This document shows positions 45,401 to 59,710 of a stretch of DNA of 64,000 nt, one piece after another. Source of the DNA: an uncultured virus (IMG/VR IMGVR_UViG_3300046167_000780) (taxonomy: Duplodnaviria > Heunggongvirae > Uroviricota > Caudoviricetes > Demerecviridae); the IMG/VR virus record IMGVR_UViG_3300046167_000780, one strand, 5' to 3'. Position 1 is the stretch's first letter; each line of letters opens with the position of its first letter. A program made the translations under genes and the position numbers. The notes beneath the pieces were generated by a model that had not been told where the DNA came from, made no database searches, and saw only the letters and a list, made by a program, of their open reading frames with translations.

Positions 45401-48400
45401 ATCAAATCAATGGCTCAGGGGGATCTGGTTGGTTAGACTTTAATATGGATACTGATAGTGTCTATCCTCAATCAACTGCAGATAATCAAACAGTTTTAGG
45501 CTCAATCACTCACATGAACTTTGTAGGTGATTCTAATGGGAACGGCACAGGGGGTATCTTTTATTGGGGTTATGGTGTAGATAGTTCGGATAGTGGTACA
45601 TTTACTCAAACCATGGCTTTGGATAGAAGCGGTAATTTAACTCTTACAGGAGCTTTACGAGGACCTGCTACATTTACAATCGACCCTGCGGCAGTTGGAG
45701 ACAACACCGGAACCGTAGTAATCGCGGGTAATCTACAAGTTGACGGCACAACCACTACAATTAACTCAACTACTCTTACTGTAGACGATAAAAATATTAC
45801 TCTTGCGAGCGGCTCGACAAACGGAAGTGCAGCAAATGGTGCAGGACTTACAGTAGATTGCGGGAGTAACGAAGATGCTACCTGGACTTACAGTTTTGGG
45901 GATGATGCTTGGAAGTCAAACAAACATATTTTAGCATATACAGGCGACGGAACAGGAGTTTTTGCAGTTGGTCGAGATGCCAACCAAGCAATACAAATTG
46001 ATGTAAGTGACACCTATAATAAGATTACTGCACATCAAGATAGTGATGAAAACCAAGACCATTTCTTTGATTTAATAAGAGATTTTGAGGGAACTGGTAG
46101 AGCTGACTTCAGAATCTTAAACGGCTCTGATGTTCATATGCTGGTTGATAAAACGGGCAACGTTGGTATCGGCACTGCTTCTCCAGAAAGAGCCTTACAT
46201 GTTGTAGGCGGAATTCATCTACCTAATAGTAATATTATATCATGGGATCAGGCAGATGGAACTTTACGTAATGCAATGTATGTTGATTCCGGCGATGACA
46301 TGATAATCGGAGATACAAACTTTGATGATATTTATTTTTCAACTGGTCAAAAAACTAAAACAGTAGTAATTAAACAAACAACTGGTAGAGTAGGTGTTGG
46401 TACAAGTGCGCCTTCTTCTTTGGTACACACCTCACTCGGAAATCAAGCTCTTGGGTTTGATGCCGGATTTTTTGCTTCAGCAAACCCTTCTGATTATACT
46501 GTAGGCAGAGGTGCCGGTATAACTATGCAAAACGCTGATGTTTATGTAGGGGGTATTTATGGAATAAGAGAAACAAATGGCTGGGAAGGAGCGCTTGCAT
46601 TCTACACGCACACAAGTTCTAGTGGTAATACTTTTGGTACTACCTTTACAGAAAAAATGCGTATTACGAACGATGGTAACGTAGGTATCGGCACTACTTC
46701 TCCTTCGGGTCTTCTTCATGTAAAACATGCAAGCGGAGAAGCAAAAGTAATAATTCAAGCAGGAAGTAATACTTCGTCTGCTGTACTGCAGTTTGGTGAT
46801 AGCTTAGACACAAGTAGGGGTGCAATAGAGTACACTTCTACAGATGATATGGTATTCTCTACCAATAACATGACCGAAGCAATGAGAATTCGGTATACAG
46901 GCAATGTAGGTATCGGCACTTCTTCTCCAAGCAGCACTCTTCACGTAAAATCTACAGGCAATGGCGAAATAAATATTGAGCGTGCGAGTGGAGCATTAAT
47001 TAATCTTCAAGCTCAAGCTTCTGCAGCTTACATAGGCACAAACTCGAACCATCAATTTGGACTGAAAGCAAACGGCAGCGTAAGATTAAAAATTGCTACT
47101 AGCGGTGCGATTAGTTTTAACGACGCATTCACATTCCCCACAAGCGACGGAAGCGGCAACCAAGTACTTCGAACTGACGGCTCAGGAAACGTAAGCTGGG
47201 CAACTGTACAAGGCGTAGGCGCTCCTACCTATATGGAAGACGCAGACGGCGATACAAAGATTCAAGTTGAAGAAAGCGCTGATGAAGATACTATAAGATT
47301 TGATACTGCTGGTTCTGAGCGTATGCAGATAGCTGCTTCTGGTAGAGTTGGAATTGGCCATGGTGCACCAAATGCACAGTTTCATATAAATGCTGGTAAT
47401 AATAATTCAGTAACAATTGGTGATGCAACAAATCCAGCATTACAAATTGGTGGTACAACAAACTATAGATTTGGTGTCTATACTGATAATGAAACTGCTT
47501 TTATAGAAAATAAAAATGGCGATGATGGAATAGCCTTTAGAGTTAAGACAGCTGGTGAAGCTATGAGAATTGATGGAGGCACCGGTAATGTTGGTATCGG
47601 CACTACTACTCCAGACACTCGACTAGATGTTACAACTTCCGGAGTAAATGGATTAGTACTAAACTCTGATACTGCTACTACTACGAACTCTGCTCGTTTA
47701 TTTCTTAAGGCGAGCGGTGGTACGGTAGGAATGTTGAATGTAAGTAATTCACTTTCTTTCCGTACTGGAATGACTATAAATTCTACAAGCGGTACTGAGC
47801 GACTAAACATTAATAGTACTCATGTAGCGTCAAATAACACAGTTCTTCTCAAAGGAGCAAATGATAACTCTGGTAAAGCTGACTTTGCACTTAATACTGG
47901 AGGCAGTCCAACGGTTTCTTTACACGGAACTCAAGTTCAGCTTGGATCAAGTGACCAAAACTGGAATGGTAAAATTTCTTACGTTTCAGGTAGTGGTGTA
48001 TACTTCAGTGCGTGGGATAATGATCTTCGACTGACTACAAGTGGTGGATCAAGTTCGAGCGCAAAGAATATAAGATTCGAGCCACAAGCAAGCGGCGGTT
48101 CTAGTACTCTAAGAATGATTGTTAATGGGGACGGTAATGTAGGTATTGGCACCGCTTCTCCAAATGTTCCTTTAGAGATTCATGGTGCAGATATAGCAAC
48201 AGCTACTACAACTACCTCTTCTTCCGTATTAAGATTAGTTAGAGATGTAGTTGATTCGAGTTTTCCTTTAAGGAAAGATAGCGCAGTAGACTTTATGTTA
48301 TCTAGGCAACAAGCAGTTGCTAATAATTTTCCTTATACAAGACTTGATATAAGGCTATCAGGAGGCTCAACGGACTCCCACTCTCCTAGTCTGGATGTAA

Positions 48401-49919
48401 TGAGTTTATTGCATAATGGCAACGTAGGTATCGGCACTGTTGCTCCTGCTACTCCATTACATGTAGCAGGGACTGTTCGTTCCCAGGTCCAAGGCAGTTC
48501 TTCTTTTGCTGACTACAAAAATACCCAAATTTATGTAAACAGCGGACCTTTTAACATCGCTGTAAATGGAAAAATTCGTCTCGCAGACCAGAACAACAAT
48601 CCCGCTCTTACTGTAGATAACGCAAATGATAGAGTTGGTATAGGTATAGATACTCCTGGTGCAACACTACACCTTCAAAATTCCTCTACTAACTCTGAAG
48701 TTATGCGTATTACTACTACTGGAGATAATCCAGATAGAAATATGTATTTTCAGTCTGATCATATTTACTCAAATGGATCTTTATATTGGGGCGACGGATC
48801 CCATAGAAACTTACATAGAGCTTCTTTTCACACCTTCCATTATGGAACCGGTAATACAGAAGCAATGCGTATTCATACAAACGGCAACGTTGGTATCGGC
48901 ACTACTTCTCCTTCTAGAAAATTAGATATTTCTGCTCCTGGAAACGATGGTATTAGAATAGCAAGTGCTAATGCTTTAATTGGAGGAGGCGCTTCTGGGG
49001 GAGATACTCAGTTAATTTATTGGAACGGGTCTACTGCTTATTATGGAAGAAGTAGTCTTGGGGGCTCCGTATCTGGTCATGAATTCAGAGTTGGTGGTGT
49101 TACTAAATTAAATGTAAATTCAAGTGGTAATACTATTGCTTCTGGAACTGTTAGTGTTTTAGGCGGTGAAGTTTATCTTGGTGTAGAAGGCACAGCTTCA
49201 GGTCATATAAATGCCTATGAAAATTTAACATTTAATCTTGATGTTGATAATAACGATACTGCTAGAGCATTTTCTTTTCATGTAAATGGAGCAAGTGGTT
49301 CTGGAACGGAACTAATGCGTCTTACAGAAGACGGAAAGCTTGGTATCGGCACTAGCTCGCCAACCAATAAACTCGATGTTACAGGTACGGCGTCGTTTAC
49401 AAACATTAGGCTGGGAAGTAACGCTTCTGGTGAGGGCATCATTCGTCACGCCGTCGGCGGATATAATGGTATAGGCATCACGACGGGCTCCCTCAGCTCC
49501 ACAGGAATACAGCTTTTTGTTCAGCACCCAACGGCTGGTGGCGGGGTAGGTATCGGCACTACTAGTCCAGCAGCAAAACTCCAAGTAGAAGCACTCGGTA
49601 TAGACACAACAACTACAGCTACAAGCGCAACAACACAGGTAGCAATCGACACAATGGCGGCAGCGACTTTCCGAAGCGCAGAATTTACAATTCAAGGTAA
49701 CAAACAGTACGGACAGTACTTATCATTTAACAGAAAGTTCTATTGATTCACGATGGCACAACTCCGGGAATCACAGAATATGGCACAGTATTTACAGGCA
49801 GTGCGGCAGAAGCTACATTTGACGCAGATATTTCTAGTGGAAATGTAAGACTTTTGGCGACACCTGCTTCAACGGACAGTATGACGTTCAAAGTTGTACG
49901 GCACTGTATTACAGTCTAA
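42483..49919 (+). CDS. Long tail fibre protein, about 2477 aa, broken by three single-base insertions
   Basis: IKLKRS...LGEVALNTYDGK start; about 18 GxVGIGTxxP repeats; frames rejoin at about 44709, 49696 and 49734 to a HDGTT...EYG domain ending TAA 49919. Confidence 0.8.
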
Positions 49920-49939
49920 TTGGTGGAGAGTGAAACCAA

Positions 49940-52900
49940 ATGGCAACAGATCATAATTTTAAAGTAAAAAAAGGAATAGACGTTCTTGGAGGTGATGTAA
50001 ATCTCGGGGATGGTTTTGCATACAAAATAGATGGCACGACGGTTGTTGACTCTAGCCGTAACCTCTTCTAATATAGGCACAATCTCCTCGGGCGCTATTA
50101 CTAGTAGTGGTACAATTACTGGCACACAATTTTTAGCTTCCGGCTCAGATAGTACACCCGCAGGTACAACATTTGCAAATACTGTCAAAGGTGTGGGTAC
50201 GCATCGTACAATGTATTTTGATGGGCAGAGTAGTGGAGGTGTTTCTACTTGGTATGGAGTAGGCAATAATCCTTATGCAGCAATCGACGTTGTCGAAGGT
50301 GCGTTAGATATTTGGGTAAATCCTTCAAGTGGTTCTTGGCACAATGTTGCCGACTTTGGTACTGGAGGTCTCAGAATAACGTATGGTCAAAGAGTCCTTA
50401 TTGACGTGGGAGGCACTGCTTACTATGCGGCAGACGGCGGTACTAATCACTGGAAATACTTAAGTCTTCAAACAAACGGCACATCAAACTGGGACATTGC
50501 CACAAAGAACGATGATTTAAGTGGAGCACTTCAATTCCGTCCTTCAGGAGGTCCTACTAATCGCACGTATATGGATACGAGCGGTAACTGGACAATGCAA
50601 GGCGATCTTACCGTATCAGGAAATCTTACTGTAAACGGTACTCAAACTACATTAAACACTGCGACGTTGCAGGTCGAAGACAAGAATATTATACTTAACT
50701 ACGGCTCAGGTAACACATCTGCTTCTGCTAATGGTGCGGGTATTACGATTCAGGATGCGGTTAACAGCACTACTGACGCAACGCTGACTTGGGATGCAAC
50801 CAATGACGAATGGGATTTCAGCCACGGCGTGAATATCACGGGAGGTCTTTTGACTTCAAGCGCCGTTGCATTTGGAAACTCTACAGTAGACCCAGATGCT
50901 TATGGCTCTTATGCGGGTGGATTCGGACACATCGCTGATGGCGGCGGCTGGGGTGCCCGAGGTTTATTTATTCACGGCGGCAGCACGGGCGATGCGGCGG
51001 CTATAGGCCACAACGGTAGTTCTCTTTATTTTGGTATACAAAATGGATCTGCTGCTAACAGCATGGCTACATGGTTGACGGTCAACACCTCGAGAGTTGC
51101 AACTTTTGCTGCTCAAGTAACCGTTGAAGGCCCTATAGTCACCACGCATGGTAGCGGTGGTTTAACAATATCGGGAGATACTAGCGGAAATAATTATATT
51201 GAGGGATCAGGAGAGTTTAGATTTAGACCCGCTGGAACAAGTATTAACAAATTTGTAATTGGTAGTAATGGAAATTTAACAACAGCAGGCACAATCTCCT
51301 CGGGCGCTATTACAGCAACAGGCACAACTACACTGTCCGGGCTCACTGTAGACGGGGCTGCTTCGGTAAAACACGCAAACAGTTCTGGGTTTGGCAATCA
51401 AACTTTTTCTTGGTTTGCTGAAGCTTTTGATGCTTTTCAAATCTATAATGACAACTCTACAAGTAGCGCAAGTGCAGATCAATTTGCTTCTCTGTACATG
51501 CGCGCTGACGGAGCGGGAAATGCATCAGCTCGAATGGTTTTAAGAAATGATAATTCTGGCAATGGGCGACTGTACTTTATGTTAAGAGGTGGATCACATA
51601 CAGGCATTACACAGCCCAAAATGCTTATCACTGATGACGGACAAGTTACAATTTCTACTAACGCTACTACGTATAATGAGCGTTTATTCGTAGATGGAAA
51701 TCTGCGTGTAGAAGGCGTCTACAAATCTGGCAACAACACTATTATTGACGCAAGTCGCAATCTTACAAATATCGGCGCAATCTCCTCGGGCGCTATTACT
51801 AGCAGTGGCTCGTTGACAGTCACTGACTTTGTCAAGGCATCAGGCAACAACCTAAAGTTCAGTGCTGGCGGCAACCACATCATGAACATCGACCTTAACG
51901 GGAAGATATATCCGCAGACTGACAACCACACTGATCTTGGTTTTTCGGCTACAGCCGCTCGTTTTAGAAACTTAAATCTTTCTGGGAACATAGCGGTTGG
52001 TGGTTCAACCGTCATCGACTCTAGCCGTGCTATTACTAGCACAGCTATTACTAGCACAGCTCTTGATATTACTCATAGTTCTGCTGACTCTGTACTAAGA
52101 ATTGCACACGGAGCGGATAACGCACATGATGCAGTTATACAGCTTTCTGGAAGTGCTGAGGATATGGCAACAGAAGGCGCAGAAATTTGGTATGATAATA
52201 ATGTTGGCGATGTTCATATTGCTACTACTTATGTTCATGATAATGCGTATATTCGTTTCCATACTCGTACAGGCGCAAGCAAGTCTACAAGTAATGAAAG
52301 ATTAACTATTGCTGGACACGGTACCATAGGTATTAATAAATCAACCGGACTTGATTCTGGTTACAAACTTGATATGGGCGGTCATATCAAAATGAATAAT
52401 AATCATATTCATTATGTAAACCAGTTACATTTTAATGATAATATGAGATTTGTAACTAGCACAAGTCAAGAGCTAAAACTTAGAGCTGGAGGCTCTTCTT
52501 CAGGCATTCGGTTTACCCATAGCGGAGGAGACAGTACTCGAGGATATGTATGGGGCAATAGTGACGACGGAAATAGTATAGGATTCTTAGACTCTGGAGG
52601 AAGCTGGGCAGTTCGTCATATCAATGACCAAGGCACAGTATTCTACTCTGACACTGGAACTACGCAAGCATCTATTGGATCCGACCTTATAAGTGGCGAT
52701 TATGGCTCTATGACCGTTACTCAAGGAAAAGGGGGATGGTCTGGATATTCTATTAATAATCAATGGGTCTTTATGTCAGAAGGCACCTCTCGGTCGGGAA
52801 TATACAATGATACAGACAATGAGTGGGCAGCGCAGTTCTACAGAAATGGTCAAGTATCATTATATCATAACAACCTTGTAAAACTTAGTACGACAACTGA

Positions 52901-55900
52901 CGGTATAGATGTAGCCGGAGATGTGAAAGCTTCTAGTAGCCTTTATGTAAGAAATAGAAAAATTCTTGATACCCCAAGTAACTCAAGCAGTGAGCGCGGG
53001 CCCTGGAACCCTATAGCTTCTTCTATTCGCACTTCAGGAAGAATGCTTCACGTAGACGAAGACTTTGCAACTGGAGGAAATGGCGTAGGAGTCTATAATA
53101 ATGCAGGAGGGTCTGCCGTTACTATTACTCGTGAAGATGATAGTACAACTCTTGGCGCAACTGCTCCTAACAGCTCTGGAAAAGTTCTAAAAATTGTGTA
53201 CAATGCAGGATCCTCGAGTCCTGGATTTGGAGGGTTTGTTCAAACTATTCCAGCTGAAGACAATCATACTTTTGTACAAATATTCCAAGCAAAACTTCCA
53301 AGCGGAAGAACCTTCTATCATGCTGAAAACGCTCAAGGAACAAATAATCTTTCTTACTGGTTAACTAGTCAAGCAGGTACTGGAAAGTGGGAGTGGTATA
53401 TTCGTGTAAGTCATTGCGGAGATAGTGGTACTTTTTCTGGAGGAGGTCACGTTTATGTTGCTGGAGGCACTAATGGTGCTTTTACATGGTACTTGGCAAG
53501 CTGCACTTGTTTTGATGTAACAGAAACTCCTGCCGCTGCTAAATTACAGTATCAAAACAGTGCAAGTAATTTATACATTCCTAGCGAGTCCACGGGCGCT
53601 ACAGGTATACTAAGTAAAAGTGGAGCAGGGGCTTTCCGCTTCCAGGTTTATGGAGACGGAACGAATTATGGTTTCTTAGACGGTGAGTGGGCTGGTTGGG
53701 ATCTAAAGAAAGCTAGTAACGGCAATTTCGAAGTTGACGAAGGTAGTGGACTACAAAGAGTTTGGAACGCAGGCAATGATGGTACAGGCTCAGGTTTAGA
53801 CGCAGATACATTAGACGGACAACAACTATCCTACGTGATGAATTATGATAATTTATCTAACAAACCAAGCAGCATTAGTAATTCTGATACTGTTGATGGA
53901 TTACATGCTGCTTCATTCGTTAGAAGTGACGCCGATGACACAGCCACAGGTAAATTATACTTTACTGGAGGTTCAAGCACGTCTCCTGCCTTACATATTA
54001 AATCTGGTGGGACTAGCTGGTCTGAGGGCCTAGCGGTACATCCTTTAGCAGATAGTGGGTATTCTCTTGCTTTCTTTAGAACGAAAGCCTCTTTTACAGA
54101 TCGAACAAATACATGGGCAATAGGAAATCTTGGGGGTACCGGCTTCCAAAACTACTTTGGACTACTTAGAAAAGATCTTACAGGTGGTGTAGCCGATAGG
54201 ACCAGCGATGCTATTTTTACAGTTAATCCTACTGACGGCAGATTTAAGTTTGGCTTCAATCCTTACGTTGGTTCAAACAAAATTTGGCATGCAGGCAATG
54301 ATGGCCCAAGCTCAGGATTAGATGCAGACCTTCTTGATGGTCAGCATGGGTCATACTATAGAAATGCAGGCAATTTAAACGCGGGAACTTTGCCTGATGC
54401 TCGTCTTAGCAGCTCAGTATTTAGGCATAGAGGCACTATTAATGTGACTACATCTTCCGGTGGAAGCAACTCAAATCCTTTTGATGATGCACACACAGAA
54501 ACAAAAGTTTCCGAATATGGAACTAGATTACTTAGCTATACTGGTGCAAGTGCTACTATGATGACCATAGCTACTGGTGGTAGTGCTTCGGTTTTCCAAA
54601 TAGGAGCGCACTACAACGGTAATGATTTTTACATGCGAACTAGAACTGATAGTTCTAATTGGCAGACGTGGAAGAAACTATGGCACGCAGGCAATGACGG
54701 CTCAGGTTCAGGATTAGATGCAGACCTTCTTGATGGTCAGCATGGTTCGTACTATGCACCTGTTGCTGGTAGCACTTCTTTCAGACCAGTAACAGCTGGA
54801 TTATATGGAACTGGTCACGGCAGTTCAATGTTGCCTATTTGGCAATATAACTCTAGTCATCATGGATACGGTTTTGGTTATGTTGAAGGCAGCCCCGATT
54901 CGTTTAGATTTGACGTAACAAACAACTTGGTGTCTGGAACCCCTGATTTTGAAATAAGTGAAAATGTCGCTAGGGTTAACGGCAACACAGTATGGCACGC
55001 AGGTAACGACGGTTCAGGTTCAGGACTTGATGCAGATAGACTTGATGGATTAAACAGTGGTATTTTCTTTAAATCTGCTACAAATGATAATGGTGGGTGG
55101 TCACAATCAAATAGAAACTTTAGTGTAAGATCTGGAGGCAGTGCCGCTGGTCTTCACATGGAAGAGTCTGATGGAACATTTGCTTTGCAATTATACGGTG
55201 ATAGTTCACAATACGGGTTTTTAGACAGTGAATGGGGCAACTGGGATATAAAGAAAACTGCAAACGGGAATTTTTATGTAGATGAAGGAAGTGGACTACA
55301 AAGAGTATGGAACGCAGGTAACGATGGAACAGGCTCAGGTTTAGATGCAGACCTTCTTGATGGTCAGCATGGTTCGTACTATAGAAATGCTGGTAATCTA
55401 AATGCGGGAACTATTCCAGAAGCTCGCATACCTACTATTAGTAAGTATCTTAGAAGCGATACATCTGATACTATGAGTGGTGAGCTAAATGTTACTCGTA
55501 ATGGGGGTACAACTGGAAGTAGTGCACCCCAGTATAGTAATGTAAACATTGAGTTACAGACAAGCAGTAACCACGTTCCTGGCATCAGTTTCCACCGAGG
55601 TGGATACTCTGCTACAACACTTTATGAATATGATGGAGAACTGTATGTAAATGCATGGACCACCCGTAACCAGACAGGAAAACTCGTATCGTTTGGTAAC
55701 GATGGAACAGGCTCTGGTTTAGATGCAGACCTTCTTGATGGTCAGCATGGTTCGTATTATGCTGCTGCTAGTCATGTACACAGCTACCTTCCATTAGCAG
55801 GCGGTACAATAACCGGAAATCTAAATGTTAACGGTACAACTACTTTAGGAAACGGCAATGCAGATCAGACTCATATTAATGACACATTATACCTAGGCGC

Positions 55901-58796
55901 TACTGACTCAGGTGACTCGCATTTTTACTTTGGGGAGAATAGCTCCAACTGGTACGGCGAACACTGGTACTGGGATAGCGGTTACACAACTAACCGATAC
56001 TCACGCCATGCGGGGACTGATACGCTAATCGAGAAGCACGACACACGGTATACCCATAAGTTGCAAACTAACCGTTCCTACGAGCGATTGGGCCACTCTA
56101 TTGGCTATCAGATCGGCTCATATAATAGCGTTGGAGCAAACTCAAACAAGACAAACCCGATTTATACAATAGGTGAAAACTACCGTCCTACCGACACATC
56201 ATTTAGTAATATGTATGGAATCGGGTACGCTCACCCTAATATTTGGGGAACTAGCAATGGTATGAACATGGGTTGGGGTCAATATGTTGTTGAAGCTGGA
56301 GTAGTACATTTTATTGCTGGCATTAGTGGAACTTGGTCAAAAAATGAATTCAATCGTAATGGTAATAAAGTTTGGGATGCCGGCAATGACGGTCCTGGCT
56401 CTGGTCTAGATGCAGATACTGTAGACGGAAAACACGCAAGCGATTTTATGGAGGACCAATTCCTTGATTCTGCCTATGTAGACTTTACTGTCAACGGAGA
56501 CGCCGATACTTACTACCCTGTTTCTATAAGAGGCGGAGGCGTAATGGCATTCCAGATGTACAGTATTAGCCGACAATACAACTGGACTGCTCCAAACACA
56601 TGGTATACTTCTACTCACCGAGGAGGCTTAACTCTTACTTGGCAATTCTCAGGTGATGGCTTCTGGGGTGGAAACGACCACGATATTCGAATCATTAAGT
56701 GGGACGAAACTTACAGTACAATGGTTGCGGGCATGGGAGGATCTGTTGGCGGAGGGGGTACAAACGCAGGGGTGGTTGTGTGGCTTCGAGGAGGAGGCGC
56801 CCAATACCGCTTCCACGGACCTCAAGCATCTGCCGGAGACGTAAACATTCACCTAAGTTCTGTTACTGCGAGTAATAGCACTGTGTTTGCTCCACGTAGT
56901 TTGAATACAACTACTCGGGATAATGAACTTCTTCCGAAATATCCAATTAGAAACAAATCAGATCTTTATGACAATAATAATCGTGTTTGGCACGTAGGCA
57001 ACGATGGCCCTGGCTCAGGCTTGGATGCTGATACTGTTGATGGTCAAGGAGAATCAGTATTCATGCGCAAGTTTGCCAACAGCGACCTTGACATGAACGA
57101 CTACAATATTCATGACGTTACGAACGTCCGGACGAACCCGGCGAATGCAGACGTTAAGTTCAGTGTTTGGGACGGCTTAACTTACGGCATAGGCATGACC
57201 AGCGGTGTTACGCTTGGTCACCTAAACGACTACGCCATGACGTTCTGCATGAACAACGATTCAGATAGAGGCTTCTGGTGGGGCTATGAAGGTCAGGGTA
57301 AAGGCTCCGGCGCTATGTCTTTGACTACAGGCGGTAAGCTCTGGGTAACCTCAGACGTAACGACGCCTAAAATCCTTAGCGGCCAGAACTACCAATCTAA
57401 TACGCCTCGCTACGACACAAGTTTCTACGTTGCCCAGTCACAGCACTTCTATGGTCATAACAGTAGTCAGACTATTTACTTGGGGGAGACAGGAAACCCA
57501 ACAAGAATACGAGGTGCAGTTCACGTCGGAAGTGACACTTCGGCACCTAGTGGCTATAGATTTTCCATTGGCGGCGCGATGCACGGCAATAACAACGATA
57601 TCAATTACGTCAACCAGCTTCATTTCAACGACAACGTCCGATTCTACGATGACGGCAATGATAGCTACTTAAACTTTAAGTATGGCGATACTGGAGCCGG
57701 CGGCTTCAAGATGATTGATGGCTCTAACAATATAGACGGCTACTTCTACGCCGACGGCGGCAACATCGGCATCCTACCTCCTGACGGTGGCTGGGGTCTA
57801 CGTGTAAGTAACAGTGATTGTGAAAGCTATCACAACTTTAGAATACCGGCAGGCAGTGCAACAGCTCCGTCTTTAACGTCGTCCGGGGATACAAACACGG
57901 GCGTCTTCATGCCCGGTAGCGACGTTTTCAAAATTACTACAGGTGGCGTGAACGCGGTAACTGTCAATAACTCAGACATACAACTAATACGTGATACTGT
58001 ATCTGTAAAAGACTATTTACGACATTATGGAGACACAGATACACACTTCCGATTTACTACAGATCGTATTCGTATGGTCGCGGGAAATGTCACCTTTATG
58101 GATGCTACTGAAGGTGCTACAGACTACCTACGCTTTCCGACTCGCGCTGTAACAATCGGTAGTAATACAAACCCTCAAGCTACTTTCACGATCGACCAAG
58201 GATGTACTGAAACCCCTGCTAACGGATGTGGCACAGGTAATGATGCGCATATGAAGCTTGAGAATACAAATACTACAGGCTCAGCTTCTACTTGTATTAT
58301 TTTCAATGCGAAAGACTCTGGCGGAAATATGCGGCATGGTGCTGGTATACAATTCAAAAAAGCAATTGCTTGGTCTGCCAACGGTCAGTATCCAGGTGAA
58401 TTGTACTTCTGGACTCGCCCAACCAGCGGCAACCAAGCGGCAGCTCAGAAACTAGATAAAGACGGCAACGCTATCTTCAAGGGTAATGTAACCGCATATG
58501 GATCGCTTTCTGATCGCAGACTCAAGGAGAATATCGAGAATATTCCAGACGCAACAAAGAAAGTACAAGAGCTAAACGGTGTTACATTTAATTATAAGAA
58601 AGACGGCAAGAAAGCAACAGGTCTTATCGCTCAAGAACTTCAAGAAGTACTACCAGAAGCGGTATACACTTCAGAAAACATTGAAACTGGTGAAGAGCAT
58701 CTTGCAATTCACTACGGAAACGTAATTGGACTACTCGTAGAGAGTATCAAAGAGCTAAAGGCAGAAATAGAGGATCTAAAGAATGATAAGCACTAA
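49940..58796 (+). CDS. Long tail fibre with C-terminal intramolecular chaperone (peptidase S74), about 2951 aa, one frameshift near 50065
   Basis: GGAGAG RBS plus MATDHNFKVKKG; rejoined VDSSRNLSNIG matches internal IDASRNLTNIG; C-terminal SDRRLKENI, GLIAQE, LLVESIKEL. Confidence 0.85.
53760..57045 (+). repeat. Eight GNDGxxSGLDADxxDG linkers, four sharing an identical 32-nt core
   Basis: TTAGATGCAGACCTTCTTGATGGTCAGCATGG at 54318, 54714, 55341, 55719. Confidence 0.9.
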
Positions 58797-58838
58797 TATA
58801 CTCATGGTTCCGCTAGTTAAAGGGAAGGGAGTTAAATA

Positions 58839-59345
58839 ATGGCTCTTCCAACTTCTGGTGCTATATCGTTAAATCAGATTCACGTCGAAGCGGGCGGAAC
58901 TTCTGGCACTCAAGCGTCTATAAACGACTCTGATATTCGAGGTCTTATTGGCAATTCTTCGGGGGTTAGTATGTCTTTTAATGAGTGGTATGGAGCTAGT
59001 AGCGGAGGGACAACTCTTTCAGCTTCTAATGGTAACACTTTCTTTATTTCTAACTCAGATAATTCTACTACAGAAACAGTTACTGCTACCGGACTTAATA
59101 CGTCCGGTAGTTACAATCTTTTCACGCCAAGCCCTACAGTTACTTCAGGTTCTTTATTATGTTCGTTTAATTCTTCATTCCACGCAATGACTCATCAAGG
59201 CGGAGGCACTTGGACTGTTACTGTAAACCTAAATCGCACAGGTACTACAACAGGAACCGGCACATCTACATTTGAAGTCAAAGCCGGCTTTACATCACTC
59301 AGCCCTGCTTTAACTAGAACGGTTTCCGTACTACAGAGTAGCTAA
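58839..59345 (+). CDS. Putative fibre-tip adhesin
   Basis: MALPTSGAISL...IRGLIG...SFNEWYG N-terminal module typical after S74 fibres, followed by Ser/Thr-rich beta domain. Confidence 0.6.
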   Translation: MALPTSGAISLNQIHVEAGGTSGTQASINDSDIRGLIGNSSGVSMSFNEWYGASSGGTTLSASNGNTFFISNSDNSTTETVTATGLNTSGSYNLFTPSPTVTSGSLLCSFNSSFHAMTHQGGGTWTVTVNLNRTGTTTGTGTSTFEVKAGFTSLSPALTRTVSVLQSS

Positions 59346-59428
59346 AATTACTCGCGTTTATTATTAACGCACTTTAACTTAAACATACAGGTCTACGACC
59401 TACTAATTTTTCTAAAGGAGAAAAAACT

Positions 59429-59698
59429 ATGCCAGTAACATGGACTAAACTAGAAACTTTTACAGGAAGTCGTACGACTTCTGCCCCTGATACTGAAAAC
59501 GAAGGGGAAACCATTGATACAACTGCAGATTGCAGAGATATTGAAATTGAATTTACGGACGGTACAATCACGCACCGTAGAATGGTAAATGTTTGCTATG
59601 ATGCAGACGGAGAATATGATGAAGCCGCTACTGATATACGTATTGGAGAAATGGCAGCTGGAGTCGAAAACAAGATCGCCGTAGGCGTAATCTCATAA
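59429..59698 (+). CDS. Small acidic fibre-associated hypothetical protein
   Basis: AAGGAG RBS, in fibre operon. Confidence 0.7.
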   Translation: MPVTWTKLETFTGSRTTSAPDTENEGETIDTTADCRDIEIEFTDGTITHRRMVNVCYDADGEYDEAATDIRIGEMAAGVENKIAVGVIS

Positions 59699-59710
59699 GG
59701 AGGGATAAAA

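Noticed and set aside
54318..55750. CRISPR array from the 32-nt identical repeats
   Set aside because: Repeats are in-frame coding linkers separated by several hundred bp; no cas genes.
42483..59345. Diversity-generating retroelement or invertase shufflon acting on fibres
   Set aside because: No reverse transcriptase or recombinase in the window, no adenine-specific TR/VR pair and no inverted cassettes seen.
59351..59401. Two small hairpins (GCGTT/AACGC and AGGTC/GACCT) as an ncRNA
   Set aside because: Stems are only 5 bp and cannot be distinguished from chance without covariation.
5225..59571. Numerous antisense and alternate-frame ORFs in the track
   Set aside because: Shadows of the long + strand genes; no RBS or motifs.
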